Below are positions 35,603 to 43,416 of a DNA stretch of 64,000 bases, piece after piece (the stretch's first letter is position 1; every line of letters begins with the position of its first letter). The notes under the pieces were generated by a model. It did not search any database, was not told where the DNA came from, and was given only the letters and a program-made list of their open reading frames with translations. Source of the DNA: Gemmatimonadales bacterium (GTDB lineage Bacteria > Gemmatimonadota > Gemmatimonadetes > Gemmatimonadales > GWC2-71-9). The stretch covers positions 983 through 64,982 of the forward strand of contig DATEGE010000005.1 in the NCBI GenBank assembly GCA_035280265.1, given 5' to 3'. Position numbers and translations under genes: made by a program.

Positions 35603-36019
35603 TCAGTAGGCACGCTGCGCCGGTGCCTTTTCGACGGGCACGCTCTCGGCCTCGACCTCGGCCTCGCCCATCCGCACTACGCCGTTGATCTCGCCGCCTT
35701 CCTGTACCAGCAAGCGCTTCGCCACAACGTCGCCATGGACCACGCTGGTGGACTGGATCTCGATGCGTTCGTCGGCGCGAATACTGCCGCGCACCTCCCC
35801 GCCGATGATCGCCTCGCGCGAAATCACATCGCCCTCGACTTCGCCGCCTTTGCCGACGAGTACCTGCCGGGCCGCCCGGACGGTGCCGACGACGGTGCCT
35901 TCGATCTTCACTACGCCATCGGCGGTGATGTCGCCCACGACGCGCATTCCGGTGCCGATGATGGAAAGTCCGGCCTCCGACTCCAGGCCCCCCTGTCCTT
36001 TTTCGACGAACATCGCCAT
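35603..36019 (-). CDS. Bactofilin (polymer-forming cytoskeletal protein)
   Basis: 138-aa ORF. The SD AGGAGAA lies inside the end of the upstream gene. The beta-helical repeat pattern GDITADGVVKIEGTVVGTVRAARQVLVGKGGEVEGDVISREAIIGGEVRGSI is characteristic. Confidence 0.9.
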   Translation of the reverse strand: MAMFVEKGQGGLESEAGLSIIGTGMRVVGDITADGVVKIEGTVVGTVRAARQVLVGKGGEVEGDVISREAIIGGEVRGSIRADERIEIQSTSVVHGDVVAKRLLVQEGGEINGVVRMGEAEVEAESVPVEKAPAQRAY

Positions 36020-36020
36020 G

Positions 36021-36821
36021 TCAGTTCTCCTGTTTCACGACCGTGAGGGGATCGAGCGACTTGCCCTCGCGGCGGATTTCGAAATGGAGATGCGGTGCGG
36101 TCGATCGACCCGAATTACCGGAGAGCGCGATCACCTGCCCCGCCTGCACCGAATCGCCGTCGCGTACCAGGATGCGCGAAGCGTGGCCATACATGGTCTC
36201 ATACCCGCTCGCGTGCCGCAAGAGCACGAACAGTCCATAGGAAGGGTCGGTTCCGGCCGCCTCGACCATGCCACCGCCCGCAGCGCGCACCGGCGTCCCT
36301 GCGGGGACCGCGATGTCAATGCCGGGATGGGATTCGGCGGGGTCTCCCGGGCGGACCTGGCCGCGCGTCACGAAGCCATGCACGTCGAGCGGCCAGTGCG
36401 AAGGCTCCGAGGGACCCGGCTCGTATCGCAGCGGCGCGGACGGAGGCCGGCTGCGCACCGCGATCGCACGCATCAAGTCGGTCGGGGCGGCAGTGGCCTT
36501 TTCGCGAGGAGCTCGGACGCCGAGGATCGAGCGCAGCTCTTGATAGTTCGCCTCGGCGCGATTCAGCGCGGCGGCGAGCTGCTGCACCCTCCCGTTCTCC
36601 TCCTCGAGCCGTGCCACCTCGCGCTCCAATCCGGGGACGCGGGCCGCTGCCCGCGTGATCGGCCCGGCGAACGCGAAGAACAAGACGACGAGCAGCGCGA
36701 TCACGAGCGCGGTCCACTTCCCTGCCTCGAGCGCCCACACCGGCACGCGATATTGTCGCGAGGCGAGATCTCCGTCAGTATGGACGACGATGGTGACGCG
36801 ACGGTCCTTGCGTGGTTTCAT
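36021..36821 (-). CDS. Bitopic M23 (LytM-domain) metallopeptidase with a coiled-coil linker
   Basis: The cytoplasmic N-terminus is MKPRKDRRVTIVVHTDGD. The TM segment is WTALVIALLVVLFFAF. The coiled coil is LEREVARLEEENGRVQQLAAAL. M23 motifs: HPGIDIAVPAGTPV, GNSGRSTAPHLHFEI. An ATGA overlap joins it to the parB stop. Confidence 0.9.
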   Translation of the reverse strand: MKPRKDRRVTIVVHTDGDLASRQYRVPVWALEAGKWTALVIALLVVLFFAFAGPITRAAARVPGLEREVARLEEENGRVQQLAAALNRAEANYQELRSILGVRAPREKATAAPTDLMRAIAVRSRPPSAPLRYEPGPSEPSHWPLDVHGFVTRGQVRPGDPAESHPGIDIAVPAGTPVRAAGGGMVEAAGTDPSYGLFVLLRHASGYETMYGHASRILVRDGDSVQAGQVIALSGNSGRSTAPHLHFEIRREGKSLDPLTVVKQEN

Positions 36822-37711
36822 CCGTCGAACGGCGTGCCCAGGATCAGCTCGAGGAGGCGCGCGAGGTCGTCGTTCGAGTAGAAGTTGACGTGGATCTGCC
36901 CCTTCCCTTTGGCGCGCAGTGACACCCGCACGTCCGTACCGAGGCGCCGGCGCAGCGCGTCCTCGATGCGTCGCACCTCGGGCGCCTGCCCCATGCCCTT
37001 TTTCAGACGCGGGCGGCGGACCGGGGCGCGGCCGCCGCGCACCCGGTCTTCCACGTCGCGCACAGAGAGGCCCAGGTCCACCGCTTCGGTGGCCAGCGAA
37101 GTCACGAGCCGGGCGTCCTCGAGCGCGAGCAGCGCGCGCGCGTGCCCCACCGAGAGGCGGGCCTCATGCAGCAGCGCCAGCACGGCGGACGGCAGCTTGA
37201 GCAGGCGCAGCGCGTTGGCGACGGTGGAGCGGTCGCGCCCGACGGCGTCGGCGACGTCTTGCTGGGTGAGGCTGAATTCAGCGATCAGGCGCTCGTACCC
37301 ACGCGCCTCGTCCACCGGCGAGAGGTCGTCGCGCTGCAGATTCTCGACCAGTGCGAGCGTCAACACCGTCCGATCGTCCACCTCGCGCTTCACGGCGGGG
37401 ATCCTCTCCCAGCCGAGCGCCTGGCACGCGCGGAGCCGCCGTTCGCCCGCGATCAGCTCGAAGCCGCCATTGACGCCGGACACCGGGCGCACCACGACCG
37501 GCTGAAGCAGGCCCGCCTTACGGATCGACGCCTGGAGCTCCTCGAGCGCAGCGGCGTCGACGTCGCGGCGCGGCTGGTACGGGTTCGGACGGATGTCCGA
37601 GATCGCCAACTCTACGAGACTACCTTCGCGCTCGGCCTCTTCGCGGGTCGGACCCAGCAGCGCTTCGAGACCCCGACCGAGACGACGGCGACCTGCGATG
37701 GTTTCGGTCAT
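36818..37711 (-). CDS. parB: Chromosome partitioning protein ParB (Spo0J)
   Basis: Motifs: GRGLEALL, IRPNPYQPRRD, LLQPVVVRP, ELIAGERRLRA. An ATGA overlap joins it to parA. Confidence 0.95.
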   Translation of the reverse strand: MTETIAGRRRLGRGLEALLGPTREEAEREGSLVELAISDIRPNPYQPRRDVDAAALEELQASIRKAGLLQPVVVRPVSGVNGGFELIAGERRLRACQALGWERIPAVKREVDDRTVLTLALVENLQRDDLSPVDEARGYERLIAEFSLTQQDVADAVGRDRSTVANALRLLKLPSAVLALLHEARLSVGHARALLALEDARLVTSLATEAVDLGLSVRDVEDRVRGGRAPVRRPRLKKGMGQAPEVRRIEDALRRRLGTDVRVSLRAKGKGQIHVNFYSNDDLARLLELILGTPFDG

Positions 37712-38541
37712 GCGGTCATCTCCGGCAGCGGTTCAGCGGTGGGCGGGGCGGGGGAGGGAGCAGTCGCGGCGTCGTGCTCGACCCGGCGGATCAGCTCCTG
37801 CGCCACCGCGAGATAACTTTTCGCCCCCACCGACTGCACGTCGTACAACAGGATCGGCTTTCCGAAGCTCGGCGCCTCGGCAAGCCGCACGTTGCGGGGG
37901 ATCGAGATGCCGAACATCTGCGAGCCGAAATACTCTTTCGCCTCGTCGGCCACCTGCTTGGACAAGTTGAGCCGCGCGTCGTACATGGTGAGCAGCACAC
38001 CGTCGATGGCGAGCGCCGGGTTGAAGTTGCGCTGCACGAGCTTGACGGTGTTCAGCAGCTGGGAAAGGCCCTCGAGGGCGTAATACTCGCACTGAATCGG
38101 AATGAGCAGGCTGTCCGCGGCGGTCAGCATGTTGAGGGTCAGCAGACCGAGCGACGGCGGGCAGTCGATCACGACGTACTGATACTGCTCACGGATGTCG
38201 CGCAGCGCGCGGCGCATCATGGTCTCGCGCCCTTGCTCGTTCACGAGCTCGAGCTCGGCACCCACGAGGTCTTGCGTCGCGACGACGACGTCGAGATACG
38301 GGAAGTGCACGTGCGTGAAGCGGGCGTCCGTGAGCGGACGGCCGTCGAGGAGTGCGTCGTACAGGGAGTAGCGAATGCGATCGCGCTCGATTCCGACACC
38401 GCTGGTCGAGTTGGCTTGAGGGTCCGCGTCGACGAGCAGGGTCTTGCGCTCGGCGGTGGCGAGGGAAGCGGCGATGTTGACCGCTGTGGTGGTCTTGCCG
38501 ACACCACCCTTTTGATTGGCGACAGCGATGACGCGCGACAT
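37708..38541 (-). CDS. parA: Chromosome partitioning ATPase ParA (Soj)
   Basis: MSRVIAVANQKGGVGKTTTAVNIAASLA is the deviant Walker A. The protein is 277 aa with a Pro/Ala-rich C-terminal tail. Confidence 0.95.
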   Translation of the reverse strand: MSRVIAVANQKGGVGKTTTAVNIAASLATAERKTLLVDADPQANSTSGVGIERDRIRYSLYDALLDGRPLTDARFTHVHFPYLDVVVATQDLVGAELELVNEQGRETMMRRALRDIREQYQYVVIDCPPSLGLLTLNMLTAADSLLIPIQCEYYALEGLSQLLNTVKLVQRNFNPALAIDGVLLTMYDARLNLSKQVADEAKEYFGSQMFGISIPRNVRLAEAPSFGKPILLYDVQSVGAKSYLAVAQELIRRVEHDAATAPSPAPPTAEPLPEMTA

Positions 38542-38629
38542 GCCTATAAGATATTATATATCAATGTGTTATGTTGTGGTGTTGTTTGAGGCTTGAATAT
38601 AGGGATTGGTACACCGTGCGTAAAGAGCG

Positions 38630-38645
38630 AGTTTCACGTGAAACC
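38630..38645. promoter_or_regulatory. parS centromere-like site 1
   Basis: aGTTTCACGTGAAACc. The 14-bp palindromic core is identical to the canonical tGTTTCACGTGAAACa. Confidence 0.9.
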
Positions 38646-38653
38646 AGGGCGAG

Positions 38654-38669
38654 AGTTTCACGTGAAACA
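38654..38669. promoter_or_regulatory. parS centromere-like site 2
   Basis: aGTTTCACGTGAAACa, a second perfect core 24 bp from the first. It lies between the mnmG stop and the parA start. Confidence 0.9.
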
Positions 38670-38686
38670 CCACGGTTCCGACGAGG

Positions 38687-40555
38687 TCAGGCGACCCGCC
38701 GTCGCCAGCGCATCGCCTCGACCACCAGGTTGTGGAGATCGCTGGGCGACACACCGGGGATGCGGGCCGCCTGAGCGAGCGAGGTCGGTCGAACGCGATC
38801 GAGCTTCTCGCGCGCCTCCGTCGCGAGACTCTTGAGGTCGGGGTAGGGCAGGTCGACGGGCAGCGCGAACGACGCGAGCTCCCCGAGACGCTTCGCGGCT
38901 TCGCGCTCCCGCGCCAGATAGCCTTCATAGCGCAGTTCGATAGCCGCGCTCGCCACCGCGTCGTCTTCGGCGGCCACGTCCGCCCCTGCCGCGTCGAGCA
39001 GCGCTCGCAGTGAGACGCCCGGTCTGCGTGCCACATTCGCCACCCGCTCCGGCTGATCCAACTGTGTGCCGCTCGAGGCGAGGGGCCCTGCGGCGGCGCG
39101 CGGGGTGATAGTGGTCGACCGCGCCAGCGCCAGAACATCCTCTTCTTGCGCAAAGCGCCGCTCGGCCACACGACGCTCGGCTTCCGACAGCAGTCCCAAC
39201 CGCTCGGCGAGCGGCGCCATTCGGCGGAGCGCATTGTCCTGCCGCAGGAGCAGCCGGAATTCGGAGCGCGAGGTGAACAATCGGTAAGGCTCGTCCACGC
39301 CGCGTGTCACGAGATCGTCCACCAGCACGCCGATGTAGGCGTCGTCGCGCCCCAAGATCACAGGCTCCGCGCCCCGGATTCGCCGCACTGCGTTGATGCC
39401 CGCCACCACACCCTGGCCGGCTGCTTCTTCGTACCCCGTCGTTCCGTTGATTTGGCCGGCGAAGAACAGGTGCTCGAGCGGCTTCGTCTCGAGCCACGGC
39501 GTGAGCTGGATGGGCGGGTAGTAGTCGTACTCGATGGCGTAGCCCGGTCGGGTCATCCGCGCACCCTCGAGCCCCGGTACCGCGCGCAGGAACTCGAGCT
39601 GCACGGCGACGGGCAGTGAGGTGGAGAGCCCGTTCACGTACAACTCGTGCGTGTCCAGCCCCTCGGGCTCGAGGAACACCTGGTGCCGCTTGGCGTCGGG
39701 GAACTTCACGATCTTGTCTTCGACCGACGGACAATAGCGCGGGCCCCGTCCGCTGATAGCGCCGCCGTACAGCGCCGACTCCCGGAGGTGGGCGCGGATG
39801 ATGTCCTTCACTTCTTCCCCGGCCCAGGTGATCCAGCACGGGACCTGTCGCGGCAGCTCGGCGCGCTGGTAAAAGGAGAACCGGTAATCGGCACCGTCGC
39901 CGTCTTGGCGCTCCACGCGCGACCAATCGACCGTTCGCCCGTCCACGCGCGGGGGAGTGCCGGTCTTAAAGCGTGACACCGTAAGTCCTAGTGATTCAAT
40001 ATGTTCTGCAACATCGACCGCGGGCTGATCGCCCGCCCGACCGGCGGGAATCTGTGTATCAGTGCCGAGGTGAATGCGGCCGCGCAAGAAGGTGCCGGCG
40101 GTGAGCACCACCGCCTGGGCTCGGAAGCTCCGCCCGTCGGCGGTCACGACGCCGGCGACCCGCGCTCCCTCGAGAATGAGCCGGGTGACCATGCCTTGAG
40201 TCAGCTCGATCTCCCGAAACCCTTCGAGCAGGGAGCGCACCGCGCGGCGGTACAGCGTGCGATCGCACTGGGCTCGCGGCGCCCACACGGCGGGGCCCTT
40301 GGAGCGATTCAGCATCCGGAACTGGATGGTCGCGCGATCGGTCGCCCGTCCCATGATGCCGCCGAGCGCGTCGATCTCGCGCACCACGGTGCCCTTCGCG
40401 ATGCCGCCGATGGCCGGATTGCAAGACATCTGGCCGATCGTGTCGAGGTTGGAGGTGAGTAGCAGGACCCTCGCACCCAGGCGGGCCGCCATCACGGATG
40501 CTTCGGTACCGGCGTGCCCGGCGCCGACGACGATCACGTCGTAGTCGATGCTCAT
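38687..40555 (-). CDS. mnmG: tRNA uridine 5-carboxymethylaminomethyl modification enzyme MnmG (GidA)
   Basis: 622-aa ORF. MSIDYDVIVVGAGHAGTEASVMAARLG...GQMSCNPAIGGIAKG, with family-wide similarity throughout. Confidence 0.95.
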   Translation of the reverse strand: MSIDYDVIVVGAGHAGTEASVMAARLGARVLLLTSNLDTIGQMSCNPAIGGIAKGTVVREIDALGGIMGRATDRATIQFRMLNRSKGPAVWAPRAQCDRTLYRRAVRSLLEGFREIELTQGMVTRLILEGARVAGVVTADGRSFRAQAVVLTAGTFLRGRIHLGTDTQIPAGRAGDQPAVDVAEHIESLGLTVSRFKTGTPPRVDGRTVDWSRVERQDGDGADYRFSFYQRAELPRQVPCWITWAGEEVKDIIRAHLRESALYGGAISGRGPRYCPSVEDKIVKFPDAKRHQVFLEPEGLDTHELYVNGLSTSLPVAVQLEFLRAVPGLEGARMTRPGYAIEYDYYPPIQLTPWLETKPLEHLFFAGQINGTTGYEEAAGQGVVAGINAVRRIRGAEPVILGRDDAYIGVLVDDLVTRGVDEPYRLFTSRSEFRLLLRQDNALRRMAPLAERLGLLSEAERRVAERRFAQEEDVLALARSTTITPRAAAGPLASSGTQLDQPERVANVARRPGVSLRALLDAAGADVAAEDDAVASAAIELRYEGYLAREREAAKRLGELASFALPVDLPYPDLKSLATEAREKLDRVRPTSLAQAARIPGVSPSDLHNLVVEAMRWRRRVA

Positions 40556-40561
40556 GAGGCA

Positions 40562-40591
40562 ATTATAGGGGGTGTGGGATACAGACGTCGA
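40562..40591 (-). promoter_or_regulatory. Candidate promoter giving a leaderless mnmG mRNA
   Basis: On the minus strand TATAAT (40567-40562) lies only 6 nt upstream of the mnmG ATG. TCGACG/CGACGT lies 17-18 nt further upstream. There is no Shine-Dalgarno. Confidence 0.3.
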
Positions 40592-40612
40592 GGTAGACGC
40601 CGAGGGTGCCGT

Positions 40613-40632
40613 GACGCCGAGTGGATGTGAGG
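40613..40632. repeat. Inverted-repeat arm (left) flanking the four-helix-bundle gene
   Basis: GACGCCGAGTGGATGTGAGG is the perfect reverse complement of 41093-41112. It ends 2 nt from the gene stop codon. Confidence 0.9.
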
Positions 40633-40634
40633 AC

Positions 40635-41012
40635 TTAGGGCAGAGGAACCCTCGACGCGGCGCCGCTTATCTTCCGCAACAGTCCGTACAAGGTACGCCC
40701 TGTTTCGGTCACCAGCGCTTCGAGCCTCCCGAAGTCAGCGGGCTGGATGTATCCAAGCTCACGCGCCATTTCGACTATCGTTTCAACCTCGGCTAAGGAG
40801 CCGCGGGCAGTGTCGAGGAAGCGACGGTATTCTCGTGAACCGTGTCGAGTGTTGCCTTCTGCGATGTTCAGAGGCACGCTGTAACAGGCACGTCGCAACT
40901 GGTCGGCTAGAGCATGCTGTTCGTAATCAGGGAAGCCGCGAGAGGTTCGGACGCACTCAATGGCGAGCCGCTGTGCATGCTGCCAAGCCTTTAGGGTCTT
41001 GTAGTGGGCCAC
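40635..41012 (-). CDS. Four-helix-bundle protein (23S rRNA intervening-sequence protein / Avd-like family), intact
   Basis: GTG 41012, 125 aa. YKTLKAWQHAQRLAIECVRTSRGFPDYEQHALADQLRRACYSVPLNIAEGNTRHGSREYRRFLDTARGSLAEVET is typical of the family. It uses many A/T-ending codons, unlike neighbouring genes. Confidence 0.85.
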   Translation of the reverse strand: MAHYKTLKAWQHAQRLAIECVRTSRGFPDYEQHALADQLRRACYSVPLNIAEGNTRHGSREYRRFLDTARGSLAEVETIVEMARELGYIQPADFGRLEALVTETGRTLYGLLRKISGAASRVPLP

Positions 41013-41092
41013 GGAAGAACAGTGTCATCGAGTGGAGCACAGAGCGGTATCGAAAGATTGCCGGCGGTGCCTTTCCTATGCTTGCCCTCACC

Positions 41093-41112
41093 CCTCACAT
41101 CCACTCGGCGTC
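41093..41112. repeat. Inverted-repeat arm (right) flanking the four-helix-bundle gene
   Basis: CCTCACATCCACTCGGCGTC is the perfect reverse complement of 40613-40632. It lies 80 nt upstream of the gene start and 29 nt after the ABC permease stop. Confidence 0.9.
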
Positions 41113-41140
41113 TACAGCGGCTTGGCGTCTGCCTCACCGT

Positions 41141-42403
41141 CTAGGCTCTTACCCAACGCACGATTTCCTTGATGCTTGGTCGCTTGCCCGTCATCAGTAT
41201 CCCCACCCGATATATCCGCGCCGCCACCCACGTGACCACAACCGTCCCGACGACGAGGAGTGCTAACGAACTCGTCACGTCCATCCACGTGAGGTTGCCC
41301 GCGGCCCAGCGCGCCGGCGTGGCGATCGGTGCGGTGAAGGGTACGAGCGACAGGGTCACCGACAGGTGCGACTCCGGGTTCGCCAGCGTGGCGAATGAGC
41401 TGAAGAACGCGATCATGATGAGCACGGTCACCGGCGCCTGACTCTGCCGCGCCTCCTGCTCGGTCGAGGACATAGCCGCGACAGCCGCGAACATGGCGGA
41501 GTACAGGAAGAATCCTCCCAGGAAGAACGCCACGAAGACGAGCGCCGTGGCGAGCGACAGGTGGGGGACCTGGAACACCTGACCCATGTCGCGGCCCTGG
41601 TCGGGCATGCTGCTCAGCAGCGCCGCGCGCCGACCCAGCAGAAAGCGCCCTGCCACGCCCCAAATGAGAAACTGCACCAGTGAAACGGCGCCAACGCCAA
41701 GCACTTTCCCGAACAGCAGCTGGAACGGCCGGATCGAGCTCACCAGCACTTCCACGATCCGAGAGGTCTTCTCGTCGATCACCGAGCCCATCACCTGCAC
41801 GCCGTACAGCAGTAGGGCGATGTAGAGCGTGACCATCATGAAATAGGCCAGCGCGAACGACTGCCCGGCACTCTCACCAGTGGCGCGGCCGTGCGAGATC
41901 TTATTCGTTCGTAATGCCACCCGCACCTGCGCGTGCGCCACCACACCCGGATCCACGCCGGCCCGCTCGAGCCGCGCGTTCTCGACCAGACGGCCCAGGG
42001 CCTGCCGCAGCTCGCCGATGTCGTCGAGGGACGAGACGTTCGAGGCACGGTATTCGACTCCCCCCGCCTCGAGCAGCGAGTCCGACACGAGGAGGAAGCC
42101 GTCCAGGCGACGGGCCTCCACCTCGCTTTGCAACGAATCCTCCACTCCCACCCTCGCCGAGATCCGCGCTACCACGGCGAACCCCGGGAGCGCGTCGACG
42201 CGCGCGGCGACGGTCTCGCCGAAGGACGTCGTGGTTCGATCCACCACCACGATCCGCTTCACTCCGCTGCGCTGCATCATCAGCAGGGGAGCGAAGAATA
42301 CCGCCGCGAAGAAAACGGGACCGAGCAAGGCCATGACCCAGAACGAGCGCCGTCGCACGCGCTCGATGAACTCGCGACGGATCACGGCCCAGATTTTCCT
42401 CAC
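41141..42403 (-). CDS. ABC-2 type transporter permease (NatB-like)
   Basis: 420-aa ORF. The N-terminus is MRKIWAVIRREFIERVRRRSFWVMALLGPVFFAAVFFAPLL. A large extracytoplasmic loop is followed by five C-terminal helices. An ATGA-type overlap joins it to the ATPase gene. Confidence 0.8.
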   Translation of the reverse strand: MRKIWAVIRREFIERVRRRSFWVMALLGPVFFAAVFFAPLLMMQRSGVKRIVVVDRTTTSFGETVAARVDALPGFAVVARISARVGVEDSLQSEVEARRLDGFLLVSDSLLEAGGVEYRASNVSSLDDIGELRQALGRLVENARLERAGVDPGVVAHAQVRVALRTNKISHGRATGESAGQSFALAYFMMVTLYIALLLYGVQVMGSVIDEKTSRIVEVLVSSIRPFQLLFGKVLGVGAVSLVQFLIWGVAGRFLLGRRAALLSSMPDQGRDMGQVFQVPHLSLATALVFVAFFLGGFFLYSAMFAAVAAMSSTEQEARQSQAPVTVLIMIAFFSSFATLANPESHLSVTLSLVPFTAPIATPARWAAGNLTWMDVTSSLALLVVGTVVVTWVAARIYRVGILMTGKRPSIKEIVRWVRA

Positions 42404-43392
42404 GGGGACGGTTCCCCATCCGGCCGCGCGGTGGCCTCCTCCGAGCCGACGAGATCGATGAAAATTTTGTGCAGTGAGGGTTCCTGCAGCTCGAACCTAG
42501 CGAGCCGCACCCCCGCTGCGACCAGCTCGCGCAGGACCTGCTGTGCATCCGCGCCGGGCGCGAGCTCGAGCTCGGCGTACTGACCGTAGTAGTCGACCTT
42601 GGTAACCAGTCGTGGATCGCCGAACAGCCGTGCCGCGGCTCCCGCGCCGCCTCCCGCGTCGCCGTCGAACCCGATGACCAAGTGGTGCCCCCCACGAGTC
42701 CGCTTGATGTCGGCGAGCGGGCCGTCCACGAGCTTCCGTCCCCGCGCGATGATCACCAGCTGATCGCACAGCTTCTCCGCCTGCTCCATGATGTGCGTCG
42801 AGAACACGATCGTCTTGCCGCGCCGGTGCAGGTCGACCACCACGTCCTTCAAAGCCTGCGCATTGACGGGATCGAGCCCCGAGAACGGCTCGTCCAGGAT
42901 CACGAGGTCGGGGTCGTGCAGCACGGTGGAGATGAACTGCACTTTCTGCTGCATCCCCTTGGACAACTCCTCGATGCGCCGCATCCGCCAGTCCGCGAGG
43001 CCGAGTCGCTCGAGCCACTCACGGGCTCGCCCTCGCGCCCCCCGCCGGGTGACCCCTTTCATCTCGCCGAGGAACACCAGGACGTCCAGCACGCGCATCT
43101 TGCGATACAGGCCGCGCTCCTCCGGCAGGTAGCCGACCCGCGCCGAGTGCAGGCGACCACGCGCCCCGTCTCCGAACAGGCGCACGGTCCCGCTGTCCGG
43201 CTGCAGGATATCCATGATCATGCGGATGGTGGTCGTCTTGCCGGCGCCATTCGGACCGAGCAGCCCGTACACCGCTCCGGGAGGCACGGCGAGGGAGAGG
43301 TCATCGACGGCGGTGTGGCCGGCAAACTGCTTGCTCACCTGGTCGAGGACCAGGATCGGGGCGGGGTCGGCGGCGGGGGCGGGGGACGTCAT
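42400..43392 (-). CDS. ABC transporter ATP-binding protein (NatA-like, with C-terminal accessory domain)
   Basis: Walker A is GLLGPNGAGKTTT. The signature is LSKGMQQKV. Walker B is LVILDEPFSGLD. Confidence 0.9.
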   Translation of the reverse strand: MTSPAPAADPAPILVLDQVSKQFAGHTAVDDLSLAVPPGAVYGLLGPNGAGKTTTIRMIMDILQPDSGTVRLFGDGARGRLHSARVGYLPEERGLYRKMRVLDVLVFLGEMKGVTRRGARGRAREWLERLGLADWRMRRIEELSKGMQQKVQFISTVLHDPDLVILDEPFSGLDPVNAQALKDVVVDLHRRGKTIVFSTHIMEQAEKLCDQLVIIARGRKLVDGPLADIKRTRGGHHLVIGFDGDAGGGAGAAARLFGDPRLVTKVDYYGQYAELELAPGADAQQVLRELVAAGVRLARFELQEPSLHKIFIDLVGSEEATARPDGEPSP

Positions 43393-43416
43393 GCGGGCGA
43401 GGCTAATGTAGCCTCG

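Noticed and set aside
38542-38686. oriC in the AT-rich mnmG/parA spacer
   Set aside because: It is only 145 bp and I see no TTATCCACA-type DnaA boxes. It is better explained as the parA promoter plus parS sites.
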